NCBI GenBank assembly: GCA_963702005.1
Contig: OY969696.1
Location: 832,001 to 896,000 of the forward strand
Direction: 5' to 3'
Length of the DNA stretch: 64,000 bases
From: Candidatus Aminicenantes bacterium
Lineage (GTDB): Bacteria; Acidobacteriota; Aminicenantia; Aminicenantales; JAFGBC01
The first letter of the stretch is position 1, and every line of letters starts with the position of its first letter. Below the pieces are notes generated by a model, which was not told where the DNA came from, searched no databases, and worked only from the letters and a program-made list of their open reading frames with translations. A program made the translations under genes and the position numbers. Below are positions 1-11,210 of this stretch, in pieces.

Positions 1-707
1 AGCTCATGGCCCGGACCCCGGACGCCCGCAGCCGAGGTTACCGGCCGGGCCGCTTCAGCTTCAACGTCAAGGGCGGCCGCTGCGACGATTGCGAGGGGGC
101 CGGCGTTAAAAGGATCGAGATGCATTTCCTGCCCGATGTTTTCGTGACCTGCGACCGCTGCGAGGGCCGCCGCTACAACAAGGAAACGCTGGCCGTCCGC
201 TACAAAGGCCGGACGATCGCCGATTTCCTCGACCTGACCGTCGACGAGGCCTACGAGGACCTCAAGGCCCATCCCGTCCTCAAGCGGAAGCTGACGGCTC
301 TGCGCCGGGTCGGCCTCGGCTACATCCGGCTCGGCCAGCCGGCGCCGACGCTGTCGGGCGGCGAAGCCCAGCGGATCAAGTTGACCAAGGAGCTCGGCCG
401 CCGCGCCACCGGGCGGACCCTCTACCTTCTCGACGAGCCGACGACCGGGCTTCATTTCGAGGACGTCCGCAAGCTCCTCGAGCTTCTCTCCGAGCTCGTC
501 GAGTTGGGGAATACGGTCGTCACGATCGAGCACAACCTTGAAGTCATCAAGTATTCCGACTATATTATTGACCTGGGACCCGAGGGGGGCGAGGAGGGGG
601 GCTGGATCGTGGCCGAGGGGACGCCCGAGGGCGTGGCGAACGTCGCGGCGTCCCACACGGGACGCTTCCTTAAGAAAACGCTGGCTTCGGGCCGCCCCAA
701 GCCCTGA
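1..707 (+). CDS. uvrA: Excinuclease ABC subunit A, 3' part (gene starts before the window)
   Basis: [11 protein letters not shown] zinc finger, ABC signature LSGGEAQR, Walker [13 protein letters not shown], and DLGPEGG: the C-terminal ATPase domain of UvrA. Confidence 0.97.
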   Translation, partial: LMARTPDARSRGYRPGRFSFNVKGGRCDDCEGAGVKRIEMHFLPDVFVTCDRCEGRRYNKETLAVRYKGRTIADFLDLTVDEAYEDLKAHPVLKRKLTALRRVGLGYIRLGQPAPTLSGGEAQRIKLTKELGRRATGRTLYLLDEPTTGLHFEDVRKLLELLSELVELGNTVVTIEHNLEVIKYSDYIIDLGPEGGEEGGWIVAEGTPEGVANVAASHTGRFLKKTLASGRPKP

Positions 708-722
708 GGAGAGGACGACAAG

Positions 723-1781
723 ATGCCGTTTGCGGATATTCCGGGGAACCGGAGAGTCAAGGACTTGATCCGGATGGCCTTGGCCAAGAACCGGCTTCCC
801 AACTCCCTTCTTTTCTGCGGACCCCAAGGCGTCGGGAAGCGGACGGCGGCCGTGACGCTGGCTCAGGCCCTCAACTGTCTCCGGATGGGCGATGACGCCT
901 GCGGCGAGTGCGACCCCTGCAAGGCCATAATGTACGGCCATGACATTCCTGGAAAGGCGGGGATCTATCCGGATGTCATGGAGATAGACCTCAATGAGAG
1001 CAAGAGCAAACTCGGGATCGATCAGATCCGAGAGCTCAAGCACATCGCCTATCTCAGGCCGATGGCCGAGAAGAAGAAAAGGGTTTTTATCGTCGATGAC
1101 GCGGACCTCATGAGCGAGCCGGCCGCCAACTCGATCCTCAAGGTCCTCGAGGAGCCGCCCCTCTTCAGCCATATCATCCTGGTCACTTCCCATCCCGAGA
1201 TTCTTCTTCCGACCATCGTCTCGCGCTGCCGGGTCTTGAATTTTCTCCCCGTTTCGATCGACGAGATCGAGCGGGCGCTCCTCGACAAGGGACTGCCTCC
1301 GGAGCGGTCCCGAACCCTCGCCCTGCTGGCCCGGGGGAATCTCGAAATGGCCTTGACTCTGGATTGGGACGAAGTCCTGGCCGGGCGCGAGCTGGCCTGG
1401 CGGGAGTTCCTGTCGCTCGTGGCGGACCGGGAGGCATCGTCTCTCCTCCGGCTTTGGGCCTTCGGGCCGCGCAAGGCCATCGAGGACGACCTCGTCCGGA
1501 CCATGGAGTTTTTCGCCTCTTTCTTTCGGGACGCCCTCTACCTTGCGGAGGGAGGGCAACCCGAAGGGCTTCTGAACCCGGACGTCCCGGAGCGGGTCGC
1601 GGAGGCGGCCCGTTTCTTGAGCGTGCCCGAGGCCCTCCACGGCTTGGCCCTCGTCGATGCCGTCCTCCAGGCATTGGACAAGAACATGAACGTCAGCCTG
1701 GTCATGACCGATTTTGTCAGCCGCTATACTGGAAGGAACCATGTCAGAGATCATCTGTCTGCTGTCGCAGCGCACCGGTAA
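723..1781 (+). CDS. holB: DNA polymerase III subunit delta'
   Basis: LLFCGPQGVGK, C...CGECDPC zinc motif, AANSILKVLEEPP and LLPTIVSRC motifs. Confidence 0.9.
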   Translation: MPFADIPGNRRVKDLIRMALAKNRLPNSLLFCGPQGVGKRTAAVTLAQALNCLRMGDDACGECDPCKAIMYGHDIPGKAGIYPDVMEIDLNESKSKLGIDQIRELKHIAYLRPMAEKKKRVFIVDDADLMSEPAANSILKVLEEPPLFSHIILVTSHPEILLPTIVSRCRVLNFLPVSIDEIERALLDKGLPPERSRTLALLARGNLEMALTLDWDEVLAGRELAWREFLSLVADREASSLLRLWAFGPRKAIEDDLVRTMEFFASFFRDALYLAEGGQPEGLLNPDVPERVAEAARFLSVPEALHGLALVDAVLQALDKNMNVSLVMTDFVSRYTGRNHVRDHLSAVAAHR

Positions 1782-2421
1782 AATGGTGCGCGCCAAGAAG
1801 GGCGAGGAAGACGCCCAGATGGGAGACGTCTGCCTCATCGAGTCCGACTGGGGCGGGGACTTGGCCGTCGTCACGGCCGTGACCGGCATCCTCTGCGAGC
1901 GAGCCCAGTCCGTCAAGGACGCCGTCCGGATCGTCCGCAAAGCGACCGAAGAGGACCTGCGGAAATTCGACTGGCTGTCCGACAAGGAGGCGCGGGCCTA
2001 CGCCTTCTGCCTGGAGCGGATCAAGTCCCGCGGCCTGCCCATGAAGCTCGTCTCCGTCCGCTATTTCTTCAACGAGAAAAAAGGGATTTTCTACTATACG
2101 GCCGACGGCCGGATCGATTTCCGCCAGCTCGTCAAGGACCTGGCCAAGGAGCTGCGGATGAGGATCGAGATGCGCCAGGTTGGCGTCCGCGACGAGGCCA
2201 AGATGGTCGGCGGGCTGGGCGTCTGCGGAAGGGGCCTGTGCTGCTTCAGCTTCATGAAGGCCTTCGAGCCGGTCACGATCCAGAAGGCCCGCAAGCAGCA
2301 GATCGTCATCAACCCGACCAAGATCTCGGGGTTGTGCGGTCGTCTGATGTGCTGCCTGGGGTTTGAAGAGGGAAGCCGGGGCCGATTATATTCCGAGGAA
2401 GATAAGGTCACGGAGGATTAA
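1741..2421 (+). CDS. PSP1 C-terminal domain / RicT (YaaT)-like protein
   Basis: YTADGRIDFRQLVKDLA, RIEMRQVGVRDEAK, GVCGRGLCC, KISGLCGRLMCCL. Lies downstream of holB. Start moved to ATG 1741, which has an RBS (GGAAGGA). Confidence 0.9.
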   Translation: MSEIICLLSQRTGKMVRAKKGEEDAQMGDVCLIESDWGGDLAVVTAVTGILCERAQSVKDAVRIVRKATEEDLRKFDWLSDKEARAYAFCLERIKSRGLPMKLVSVRYFFNEKKGIFYYTADGRIDFRQLVKDLAKELRMRIEMRQVGVRDEAKMVGGLGVCGRGLCCFSFMKAFEPVTIQKARKQQIVINPTKISGLCGRLMCCLGFEEGSRGRLYSEEDKVTED

Positions 2422-2500
2422 ATCCTCCGCGATCGAGCCTTTGTCCTCGGCTTCTGCGGGCTCGGCCCCGGCTTAACCTTGAGAAAGGAGGGGTAGCGAG

Positions 2501-3129
2501 CTAACGGGCCGGTTTGACCCTGAACCGGATCCGATCCGATACGGCCGTCAAACCTCCCTGAGCTGAGAAAGCCTTGACCTGCCAGGAGTACTCTTCCCCG
2601 TCCGCGAGCCGCCGCCGGATGTCTTCCGGCAGCGCGATCGAATTCGTCCGGGTCACCTCCGTCCAGACAACGTCGGACTGGAACAGATAAACCCGGAACT
2701 CGAGGTCCGTCCCGGCCGGCCGCCATTCGAGCGAGGCCGGCGGCTCGGCGAGATCGCCCCGGGGCGAAACGAGCATGATCGTCCCTCCCCGGACTGTTCC
2801 GTCGCCCGTCAGGACGAATTCCGGGGCCGTCCCCTGGAATCGCGGCAGCAGAATCAGAGCGACCGCCATAAGAACGAGGCCGATCGCCGCCGCAGCCAAG
2901 GTCCGGGTGAGAATGCCCAGAGAACTCGCCGAGGCCGTTCCGCTTTGCCGGCTGAAACGAGCGCCGGGCCTCGGGCCTTGACCATCCGGATCAGGATGTC
3001 ACGCTCCCGGAGCTTCTGGAAACAGCTCGCGCAGTTGAAGTAGTGCTCCTCGAATTCCTCTCTTTCGGTCCCTCCCATCCGGTTTAAGAGGTAACCGTCG
3101 ATTTTGTCCTCGAACCGACACTTACTCAT
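2501..3129 (-). CDS. Zinc-finger (zf-HC2) anti-sigma factor with a TM helix and extracytoplasmic domain; frameshifted near 2893
   Basis: HYFNCASC (HxxxCxxC) in ORF 2854-3129; the TM helix and C-terminal domain lie in another frame (2501-2899). One extra G joins them (..PWLAAAIGLVL..). Confidence 0.8.
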
Positions 3130-3682
3130 CGCCAGTCCCTTTCGATACTTTAGTCGCCCGGGAGCCCGAAAAATGGAAAAAATCGTCCTGGAGAAGCTTG
3201 CGGAGGAGTTTGTGGGCGTAGTTGACCCGCTCGCTGACGCGGCGCGGAGTCAGCCCCAGCCGGCGGGCGACCTCTTCGCGGGGCAGCTCCTGGAAATAGT
3301 AGAGATAGAGGACCTCCTTGAACCGGGGCTTGAGCTTGTCGATGGCCCGGGCGAGCAATTCCGCGCTTTCGCCCCGCTCGGCGAGCTCCTCGGGATCGGG
3401 GAGGGGGGCCGGCTCGGGGGCGTGGCGGAGAGGCTTCGTCTTGAGCCGGATGAAGTCGACGATCCGGCGCGAGGCGATCGTATAGATAAAGGTTCCGATT
3501 GAAGACCGGCCCTCGAACTCGCCGCTCCGGACCTTGGCGATGACGTCGGCCATGATCTCGTTGACGACGTCCTCCCAGTCCGGGTTGGCCGGACCGAGCG
3601 CCCGCTTGACCCGGAAGCCGACGATGGGCCGGTAACGGGCGACGATCGCGTCCAGGTCGAGCTCTTCGTCCTTTTGCTTCAT
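3122..3682 (-). CDS. ECF-type sigma-70 family RNA polymerase sigma factor
   Basis: Region 2 (EDVVNEIM..FIYTIASRRIVDFIR) and region 4 HTH (LYYFQELPREEVARRLG); overlaps the anti-sigma gene. Confidence 0.92.
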   Translation of the reverse strand: MKQKDEELDLDAIVARYRPIVGFRVKRALGPANPDWEDVVNEIMADVIAKVRSGEFEGRSSIGTFIYTIASRRIVDFIRLKTKPLRHAPEPAPLPDPEELAERGESAELLARAIDKLKPRFKEVLYLYYFQELPREEVARRLGLTPRRVSERVNYAHKLLRKLLQDDFFHFSGSRATKVSKGTGDE

Positions 3683-3688
3683 TCCGGC

Positions 3689-6025
3689 TTATTTCTCCCG
3701 CTCTTTTCTCTTGAGGTACTCGGCGGGGTCGACCAGGATCTCCCGGGGTTTGCTGCCCTCGGACTGGCCGAGGATGCCCTCCTGCTCCATCTGGTCGATG
3801 ACCCGGGCGGCCCGGGCGTAACCGAACTTCATCTTCCGCTGGAGGTAGGAGGCCGAAGCCTGGCCGGTCAGGAGGACCAGCTCGACCGCCTTTTCGTAGA
3901 GCTCGTCCCGCTCGCCCGAGTCCTCCCAGAAGTCCTCGGCGCTGCCCTTGATGACCCGGACGATCTTCTCGTCGTAAACGGGCGCCCGCTGGCCCTTGGC
4001 GAACTTGACGATCCGGCTGATCTCGGGCGACGAGATGAAGGCCGAGTGGAGGCGGAGCAGGCGCGGGTAGTTGGGCGGCATGAACAGCATGTCGCCCAGT
4101 CCGAGCAGCTTCTCGGCGCCGGAGGTGTCGAGGATGATCCGGGAGTCGATCTTGGAGGGAACCCGGAATGCGATCCGGCTTGAGAAGTTGTTCTTGATCG
4201 TTCCGGTGATGACGTCGATCGATGGCCGCTGGGTCGCCATGACCAGATGGATGCCGACGGCCCGGGCCAGCTGGGCCAGCCGGGCGATGCAAAACTCGAC
4301 CTCCTGGGAGCCGATCATCATCAGCTCGGCCAGCTCGTCGATAATGATGACGAGGTAGGGAAGAGGCTTGAGCTTCTCCTTTTCCTCGTCCGTGAGCTTC
4401 CCCCGCTTCTCGGCGATCATCTGGCGGACCATCTGGTTGTACTGTTCGATGTTCCGAACCTTGAAGGAGAGGAGCATTTGGTAGCGCTCCTCCATCCGCT
4501 TTATGGCGTCCATCAGGATGATGCCGGCCTTCTTGGGGTCGTTGATGACCGGGCTGATCAGGTGGGGGATCCCGTCGTAGAGCGTGAACTCGATCCGCTT
4601 GGGGTCGATCAGGATGAGCTTGACTTCGTCCGGGGTCGCCTTATAGAGGATCGAGGCGATCAGGGCGTTGAGGGCGACGCTCTTTCCCGTCCCGGTCGCG
4701 CCCGCGATCAGGAGGTGGGGCATGACGCCCAGGTCGGTGATGTAGGTCTCGCCGTGGACGGTCTTGCCCAAGGCGATCGTCAGCTTGGAGGGCGAGTTCC
4801 GGAATTTCTCCGACTGAAGGATGTCGCGAATGCGGATGGTCTCCCGCTTGTTATTGGGAATTTCGACACCCAGCGAGGACTTGCCGGGAATGCGCTGGAT
4901 GCGGACGGACTCGGCCCCCAGGGCCAGCGAAAGATCCTCGGTCAGGTTGGCGACCTGACTGACCTTGATGCCGGGGAACGGGTAGAATTCGTAGGTCGTA
5001 ATGACCGGGCCCGGATGATACTCGCGGACCTCGCCCTCGACCCGGAACTCCTTGAGCTTCTCCTCGATCCGTGTCTTCTTGTCGTAGAGCTCATCCTTGT
5101 CGACCTGCTCGGCCGGCGCGCTTTGGTCGAGGAGGTTGAGGGGGGGGAAGGTATAGTCGCCCTTTTTCCCCATTTCCGGGAAGAGATAAAGCTCGGGCCG
5201 GGCCGGGGCCGATCCCGGGAGCGGCGCGGTCAGCCTCCCCTCGCGCTTCGGCTCCCGGGCTTTCCTTTCCCTTTCCTCGCGGAGGGGGGGCGGCTTCTCC
5301 TTCCCCGCCTCGGGTTTGATGTCCTCTTCCGCCTTTTCGGCGGGGGCCGCGTATTTCTCGATGACCTTCTTCTTCATCTTTTCCCGCTCCTTGGAGCGCT
5401 GGTAGCGGGAGACCTTGATCCGGACCTCTTTGACGGCGAAATGGAAGAGGCCCGAAGCCATATGCAGCAGCTGCCGCAGGGAAAGCTTGGTCGTGAAGAT
5501 GGCCAGGAGCAGAAGAAGGACGGCCAAGGCGAGTATGGCCCCGGCCCTGTTCAGGTAGCGGACGAGAAAGGAAGATAGAGACGCGCCGAGGAGCCCTCCC
5601 GAAGAGATGTCGACGCCCCGCCAACCCAGGCGCCCGAAGACCAGGGACAGGAAGGGGGCGAGGAGGACGATGAGCCAGGCAAAAAAGCCGGCCCTGACGA
5701 AAAGCCGCTTGTCGCCGTGGCTCAGGATGGCCCGCACGCCGAGGGCGCCGAGCATGAACGGGACGAGGAAGGCGGCGAGTCCGAGCGCTTGGAGGAGGGC
5801 GTCGGCCAGCGAGGCGCCGACCTTCCCCCCGACGTTGCGGGTCGCGGCCTCCGAGGCCGAGAACCAAGAAGGGTCGGAGGCGTTATAGGAGATGAGGCTG
5901 ATCAGGGAGAACAAGGCCAGGGCGACGAGGACGATGCCCGCGATCTCGGCCGCCGGGCCCGGGCCGCGACGGCTTCCGCCGGACTTGGCCGTGGACGGCC
6001 GGGCCCGTTTCTTGGTCTTTGCCAT
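3689..6025 (-). CDS. ftsK: DNA translocase FtsK/SpoIIIE
   Basis: N-terminal TM helices, PHLLIAGATGTGKS Walker A, IIIDELAELM Walker B, ATQRPS, and gamma domain ASASYLQRKMKFGYARAARVIDQME. Confidence 0.97.
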   Translation of the reverse strand: MAKTKKRARPSTAKSGGSRRGPGPAAEIAGIVLVALALFSLISLISYNASDPSWFSASEAATRNVGGKVGASLADALLQALGLAAFLVPFMLGALGVRAILSHGDKRLFVRAGFFAWLIVLLAPFLSLVFGRLGWRGVDISSGGLLGASLSSFLVRYLNRAGAILALAVLLLLLAIFTTKLSLRQLLHMASGLFHFAVKEVRIKVSRYQRSKEREKMKKKVIEKYAAPAEKAEEDIKPEAGKEKPPPLREERERKAREPKREGRLTAPLPGSAPARPELYLFPEMGKKGDYTFPPLNLLDQSAPAEQVDKDELYDKKTRIEEKLKEFRVEGEVREYHPGPVITTYEFYPFPGIKVSQVANLTEDLSLALGAESVRIQRIPGKSSLGVEIPNNKRETIRIRDILQSEKFRNSPSKLTIALGKTVHGETYITDLGVMPHLLIAGATGTGKSVALNALIASILYKATPDEVKLILIDPKRIEFTLYDGIPHLISPVINDPKKAGIILMDAIKRMEERYQMLLSFKVRNIEQYNQMVRQMIAEKRGKLTDEEKEKLKPLPYLVIIIDELAELMMIGSQEVEFCIARLAQLARAVGIHLVMATQRPSIDVITGTIKNNFSSRIAFRVPSKIDSRIILDTSGAEKLLGLGDMLFMPPNYPRLLRLHSAFISSPEISRIVKFAKGQRAPVYDEKIVRVIKGSAEDFWEDSGERDELYEKAVELVLLTGQASASYLQRKMKFGYARAARVIDQMEQEGILGQSEGSKPREILVDPAEYLKRKEREK

Positions 6026-6088
6026 TAAAATGAATTATATCCGATTTTAAGGCTCTTGCGAAGACCGCCTCCCGGAGGGAGGGGCGCT

Positions 6089-6116
6089 TTGACTTTTTCC
6101 TCTCATCCTGTATAAT
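6089..6116 (+). promoter_or_regulatory. Sigma70-type promoter for the first propeller/FN3 gene
   Basis: TTGACT-16 nt-TATAAT in the AT-rich divergent intergenic region. Confidence 0.6.
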
Positions 6117-6146
6117 CAATTCCATGAAATCGGAGAAAATTGCCAA

Positions 6147-8665
6147 ATGAAATTGAAATTCGCGGCCTTTTTAGTTTTTTTGCTCGCGGCCATCGTCTTC
6201 ATCGGAGCCGCCCCGGGAATTCAGCAGAAGCCGACCCCAGCCCTGAAAAACAAGGCCCTGCCCCCCGGCTGGTCGACGCCGGTCGACATCTGTCCGAAAT
6301 TCCAGTACTGGAGCTATGACTCTCGGGTCACGACCGACGCAACCGGGACGAAGGTCGCCGCCGTCTGGGTCGAGGAAGGCGGGGGCGGCAAACGAATCGG
6401 ATTCAATACCAACGAAACCGGAACCTGGGAGACCGCGAGGTTCATCAACGATGGGTACATGATCGGCGAATACCCCGCGCCAGAGCTTGCCTTCGACATG
6501 AACGGCGACATCTGCGTCACCCACCAGTCGCGGATGGGGAGCGGCAACTACGAGATCCTCTTCCTCAAACGGCATGCCGGAACGTGGAGCGATCACGAGA
6601 ACGTTTCCAGAACGGGCACCGGCGGATCCATGTCGTCCTCGATGATGATCGATCCGACGACCAATGATTATTATATTCCCTGGCAGGACGACTGGGAGCG
6701 GCCTTATGAACTCGCTACCTATTGGGGACTCTACGTCGACCGGAAGACCCAGGGTGCCGGTGAGTGGAACCCCGAGGGCCGCATCCCCGACCCGACGAAT
6801 CGGAGCTACTTCCCCGACGGCGTCATTAACAGCCGGGGACACGCTTTTGTCGTCTGGGACAACCGGGCCGACATGGGGATCTCCCACGTCTTTTTCTCCG
6901 AGAACAAGACCCCGATCGACGGGGCGGCCTGGACGGCCTACTTCGACGTGTCCGGGAACACCGGCACGGCGGACAACTGGGGCTTCGCCTATCCCCGGAT
7001 CACTTGCGACGACAAAGACAACATCTATGTCTGCTGGCTCCAGAACATCGGAAACTGGGAGGCGTTCTTCCGGAAGCGAGTCGATGGAATATGGCTCGGC
7101 CGCGAGAATGTCTCCAGCACGCCCGGCAAATCGGCGCGTCCGACGGTGGCCGTCAGCCGCAAGACGGGAGAGATCTATATGGCCTGGGGGGAAAACATAA
7201 CGACCGGCTGGTCCGTCCTCATGAAGATCTGGACCAACCAGAACACCCAGAAGAAATGGCAGTGGAGCGATGCGATCAACATGACGCCGGACTCTCAGAC
7301 CGCCGATTATCCCAGCCTGTTCGCGGATGCCAACGGCGGCATCCACCTCGTCTACACCAGCAACATATCGGGCGTCTACCACATCTGGTACACAGGCAAG
7401 CTCGGCGAGATCGCGGGCTATCCTCCGCTCAACGTCGCGGCCGCCAGCAAAGCGACCGCGGCCGACCCCCGGCGCAAAGACACAACCATCAGCTGGGAGG
7501 AAAATCCCGATAACAAGCCGATCACCCTCCTGAGCTACAAGATCTACCGGAAGAAAAAGGGCGATCCGGATTCGAGCTATATAACCGCGGGAACCGTTGA
7601 CGCGAGCGCCCTTCAATTCAAAGATCCGAACCTCCTGGGCGTCCAAATCTATACCTACAAAGTGACCTCGATCGCCAGGGGAGATCTCGAAAGCCCGGCC
7701 TCGACTGCCGTCGACGACCAGCTTGTCGCGCCGCCCTTTTTCCCCCGACCAACCTGGCCGTCGTAAGCGCGTTGGGCGACGGCATCTACAAGAAGGACAA
7801 CACCCTGACCTGGCAGAAAAACACTCAGAACCGGGCCAGCGAGGTCGCCAAATATCGGATCTACCGGAAGAAGGTCAATGAGGACGACGCCGCCTACGTC
7901 CTGGCCGGAGAGGTCGCGGCGACCGTCTTCAGCTTCAAGGACGTCGGCCTGGTCAACGACCAGAAGTTTACCTATACGGCGGTCTCCTATTCCATCTACA
8001 GTTTGGAAAGCGCCCGCTCGGCTCCCGTCACGGACCTCAAGGTCTACGCGATGACCTACCCGCCGGCCTCGCCGGCTTTGTCCTCCCAGCTCGACACGAC
8101 TTCGGGGACCAAGATCAACGTCCTGACCTGGCAGGATAACCCCCAGAACCAGGGCCTTCCGATCAAGAGCTATCGGATCTACCGGAAGCCCTTGGGCGGG
8201 ACATCTTACGCGCTGCTCGGAACCGTGACCTCCGACGTTCATCGTTTTGACGACGACAATCTGGCGACGAACGGCAAGTACTACTATAAGCTGACCTCCG
8301 TCCCCGAATGGAAGATCGAGAGCGACCGATCGTCGGCCCTGCCCGAGAATTGGGTCTTCCCTCCGATCAACATCGCCCTCCTGACGGTCGTCAACGATTA
8401 CCTCCTGTACCAGGAGAAGGTCAATAAGCTGACCTGGGCCCGGAGCGCCCTGAACGATCCGGTGACCGTGGCGAGTTATAATATCTACCGCCGCAAGAGC
8501 ACGGAGGACGACGCGGCCTTCAGCGTCCTCACTACGGTCAGCGGCACGGTCTTCGAATACCTCGACCGTAAGCTCCCCTTGACCGAGAAATACGTCTACC
8601 GGATCACGGCCGAGGACAGCGCAGGGCACGAAAGCGCCGTTTCGGCCAGCTTCAGCGAAAGCTGA
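6147..8665 (+). CDS. Secreted beta-propeller + 4 FN3-like repeat protein (paralog 1); frameshifted in a C-run near 7742-7746
   Basis: Signal peptide. ORFs 6147-7766 and 7772-8665 are collinear with intact paralog 2; the run is C5 here and C6 in paralog 2 (FFPPTNL). Confidence 0.85.
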
Positions 8666-8723
8666 GCGGGGCCCCCTGAAATATCTTGGCTGGAATATGC
8701 ATCGTCCAGAGGAGAGATAGAGA

Positions 8724-11210
8724 ATGAAAAGAACGATCGTGCCGGCGCTTGCGATCTGCGCGGCTCTTTTGCTGATGGCGGGATTCGTTCTTGCCAAGGA
8801 CCAGCCCGCCAAGTCCGGGAAGACCGTCCAGGCCGCCGCCGATTGGACCACGGCCGTCGATATCAGCCCGACCCTGGTCGGTTATAACGTCGACGCCCGG
8901 CTCGTGACCGATCCGGTAGGCCAGAAAGTCTATGTCGTCTGGCCGGAAACCCACCAGACCAAGAGGCTCTATTTCGTCACCAACGAGTCTGGCGCGTGGG
9001 GTACGGTCCAGGATATCAGCTCGTACCAGATCGGCGAGTACCCCGGGCCGGAGATCAACCTGGACAACGACGGGAACGTCCTCGTCGCCTCCCAGGCGCG
9101 GATGTCAACCGGCAACTACGAGATCGTCTTCAAGGAGCGGAAGAACGGGACCTGGTCCCCGGTCGAAAACGTATCCCAAACCCCGACGGGCGGCTCCCAA
9201 TCGGCCTCCATCCTGGTCGACCGGAATACGAACGATTTTTACGTCATCTGGCAGGATGATTTCGAGCGGCCCTCCGATGACGTTGCCTACTGGAAGGGCT
9301 ACCTCAGATACAAGATCAAGGGCGAGGGCCCCTGGATCTATTCGGGCGTCATCGCCGAAGAAACGGGACGCTGCTATTTCCATATCGCCGACATGGATGC
9401 CCAAGGCAAGGCCTATGTGGCCTTCGACAATCGGGCCACCGGCAACAAGGCGATCGTCCAGTTCGCCCAGAATCCGACGCCCAAAGACCATACGACCTGG
9501 ACGCGGCCGATCAACGTCTCGGATTTCACTTATCTGTATTTTTCCTATCCCAAGATGGCCTGCGACGGTAGCGGAAACGTCTACGTCGTCTGGACCAAGC
9601 AGCTTGACAACGGAAACATCGACATCTTCTTCCGGAAGCGGATCAACGGCGTTTGGACGCCGAACGAAAACCTGTCCGATACCCAGACCGTTTCCTATAA
9701 TCCCACGATCGCCGTCAACAAGCTCACCGGGCAGGTCTGCGTCGCCTGGGCCGAGCAGAGCGGCGCCAACTCCGAAATCTATTACCGGGAGAGCACGGCG
9801 ACGGGCTGGACCGACGTCAGGAACATGACGAAGAATGCGTCGTATTCCGATTATCCGGCGCTCTACGTGGACCTGATCGGCGGCGTTCATCTCGTCTACT
9901 CGGACAACCTGACCGGGAACTATCACGTCTACTACATGCACAGGGCAGGCGAGGGCGGCTGCTTCCCGCCGCTCAACCTGACCGCGGTCAGCAAGGCGAC
10001 CGCCGCCGACCCCCGGAAGAAGACCAATACCCTGACCTGGGAGAAAAACCCCTACAACGGGAAGCTGACGGTCACGAATTACAAGATCTACCGGAAAAAG
10101 AAAGACGACCCGGACACGGCCTATAAACTCCTGACGACGTTAGGCAACAACGTCTTCCAGTACCAGGACGCCGACCTGCTCGGCGTCCAGCAATACACCT
10201 ACCGGGCGACGACCGTCGTCAAGGGAAATCATGAAAGCGAAGGCTCGACCCCGGCCGACGATCAGTTCATCTCGCCGCCGTTCTTCCCCCCGACCAACCT
10301 GGCCGTCATGAGCGCGCTGGGCGACGGCATCTATAAGAAGGACGACACCCTGACCTGGCAGAAGAACGCTCAGAACAGAGCCAGCGAAGTCGCCAAGTAC
10401 CGAATCTACCGGAAGAAAGTCGAGGAGGACGACACCGCTTACGTCCTGGCCGGAGAAGTCGCGGCGACCGTCTTCAGCTTCAAGGACGTTGGCCTGGTCA
10501 ATAACCAGCGGTACAGCTACGCCGCGGTCTCCTATTCCATCTACAGCCATGAGAGCCTGCTCTCGGCGTCGGTCACGGATCTTGCCGTTTTCGCGACGAC
10601 CTACCCGCCGGTCTCCCCCGAGCTCTCCTCGCGGCTCGATACTACGACGTCGACCAAAATCAATACGCTGAGATGGCTGGACAACTCCCAAAATCAAGGC
10701 CTCCCGATCAAAAGCTATCGGATTTACCGGAAGGCCGAAAGCGATTCGAGCTACGCTTTGGCCGGCACCGTCGGCGTCGAGACCCACCGCTTCAACGACT
10801 TCAGCCTGGAAACATCGGTCAAATACGTCTACAAGCTGACGTCGGTTCCCGACTGGGACATCGAGAGCGGCCCGACCTCCGTCCTGAGCGAGGCCCGGGT
10901 CTTCCCCCCCGAAAACATCGTCCTCCAGACCGTCGTCAACAGCTTTCTTTTATACCAGGAGAAGGTCAATAAGCTGACTTGGGTTCTGAATGCCCTTAAT
11001 GACCCGGTGACCGTCGCGAGCTATAAGATCTATCGCAAAAAGACGGGCGAGGACGATTCGGCCTACGCCCTCGTGGGCACGGCCGGCGGCGCGTCTGTTG
11101 AATATCTCGACCGGAAGCTGCCGTTGACCGATAAATACGTTTACCGAATCACGGCCGTGGACAGCTTGGGGAACGAGAGCAACGCTTCGACCGGCTACGG
11201 TGAGAGCTGA
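8724..11210 (+). CDS. Secreted beta-propeller + 4 FN3-like repeat protein (paralog 2)
   Basis: Signal peptide; repeated W...N.S...S..P blade motifs; four PP.N...N.LTW..N...Y.IYRK modules. Confidence 0.88.
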   Translation: MKRTIVPALAICAALLLMAGFVLAKDQPAKSGKTVQAAADWTTAVDISPTLVGYNVDARLVTDPVGQKVYVVWPETHQTKRLYFVTNESGAWGTVQDISSYQIGEYPGPEINLDNDGNVLVASQARMSTGNYEIVFKERKNGTWSPVENVSQTPTGGSQSASILVDRNTNDFYVIWQDDFERPSDDVAYWKGYLRYKIKGEGPWIYSGVIAEETGRCYFHIADMDAQGKAYVAFDNRATGNKAIVQFAQNPTPKDHTTWTRPINVSDFTYLYFSYPKMACDGSGNVYVVWTKQLDNGNIDIFFRKRINGVWTPNENLSDTQTVSYNPTIAVNKLTGQVCVAWAEQSGANSEIYYRESTATGWTDVRNMTKNASYSDYPALYVDLIGGVHLVYSDNLTGNYHVYYMHRAGEGGCFPPLNLTAVSKATAADPRKKTNTLTWEKNPYNGKLTVTNYKIYRKKKDDPDTAYKLLTTLGNNVFQYQDADLLGVQQYTYRATTVVKGNHESEGSTPADDQFISPPFFPPTNLAVMSALGDGIYKKDDTLTWQKNAQNRASEVAKYRIYRKKVEEDDTAYVLAGEVAATVFSFKDVGLVNNQRYSYAAVSYSIYSHESLLSASVTDLAVFATTYPPVSPELSSRLDTTTSTKINTLRWLDNSQNQGLPIKSYRIYRKAESDSSYALAGTVGVETHRFNDFSLETSVKYVYKLTSVPDWDIESGPTSVLSEARVFPPENIVLQTVVNSFLLYQEKVNKLTWVLNALNDPVTVASYKIYRKKTGEDDSAYALVGTAGGASVEYLDRKLPLTDKYVYRITAVDSLGNESNASTGYGES

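Noticed and set aside
7750-10545. DGR template/variable repeat pair or CRISPR array from the near-identical repeats
   Set aside because: Both copies are in-frame coding repeats with mostly synonymous differences that are not adenine-specific. No RT, cas genes or repeat-spacer pattern.
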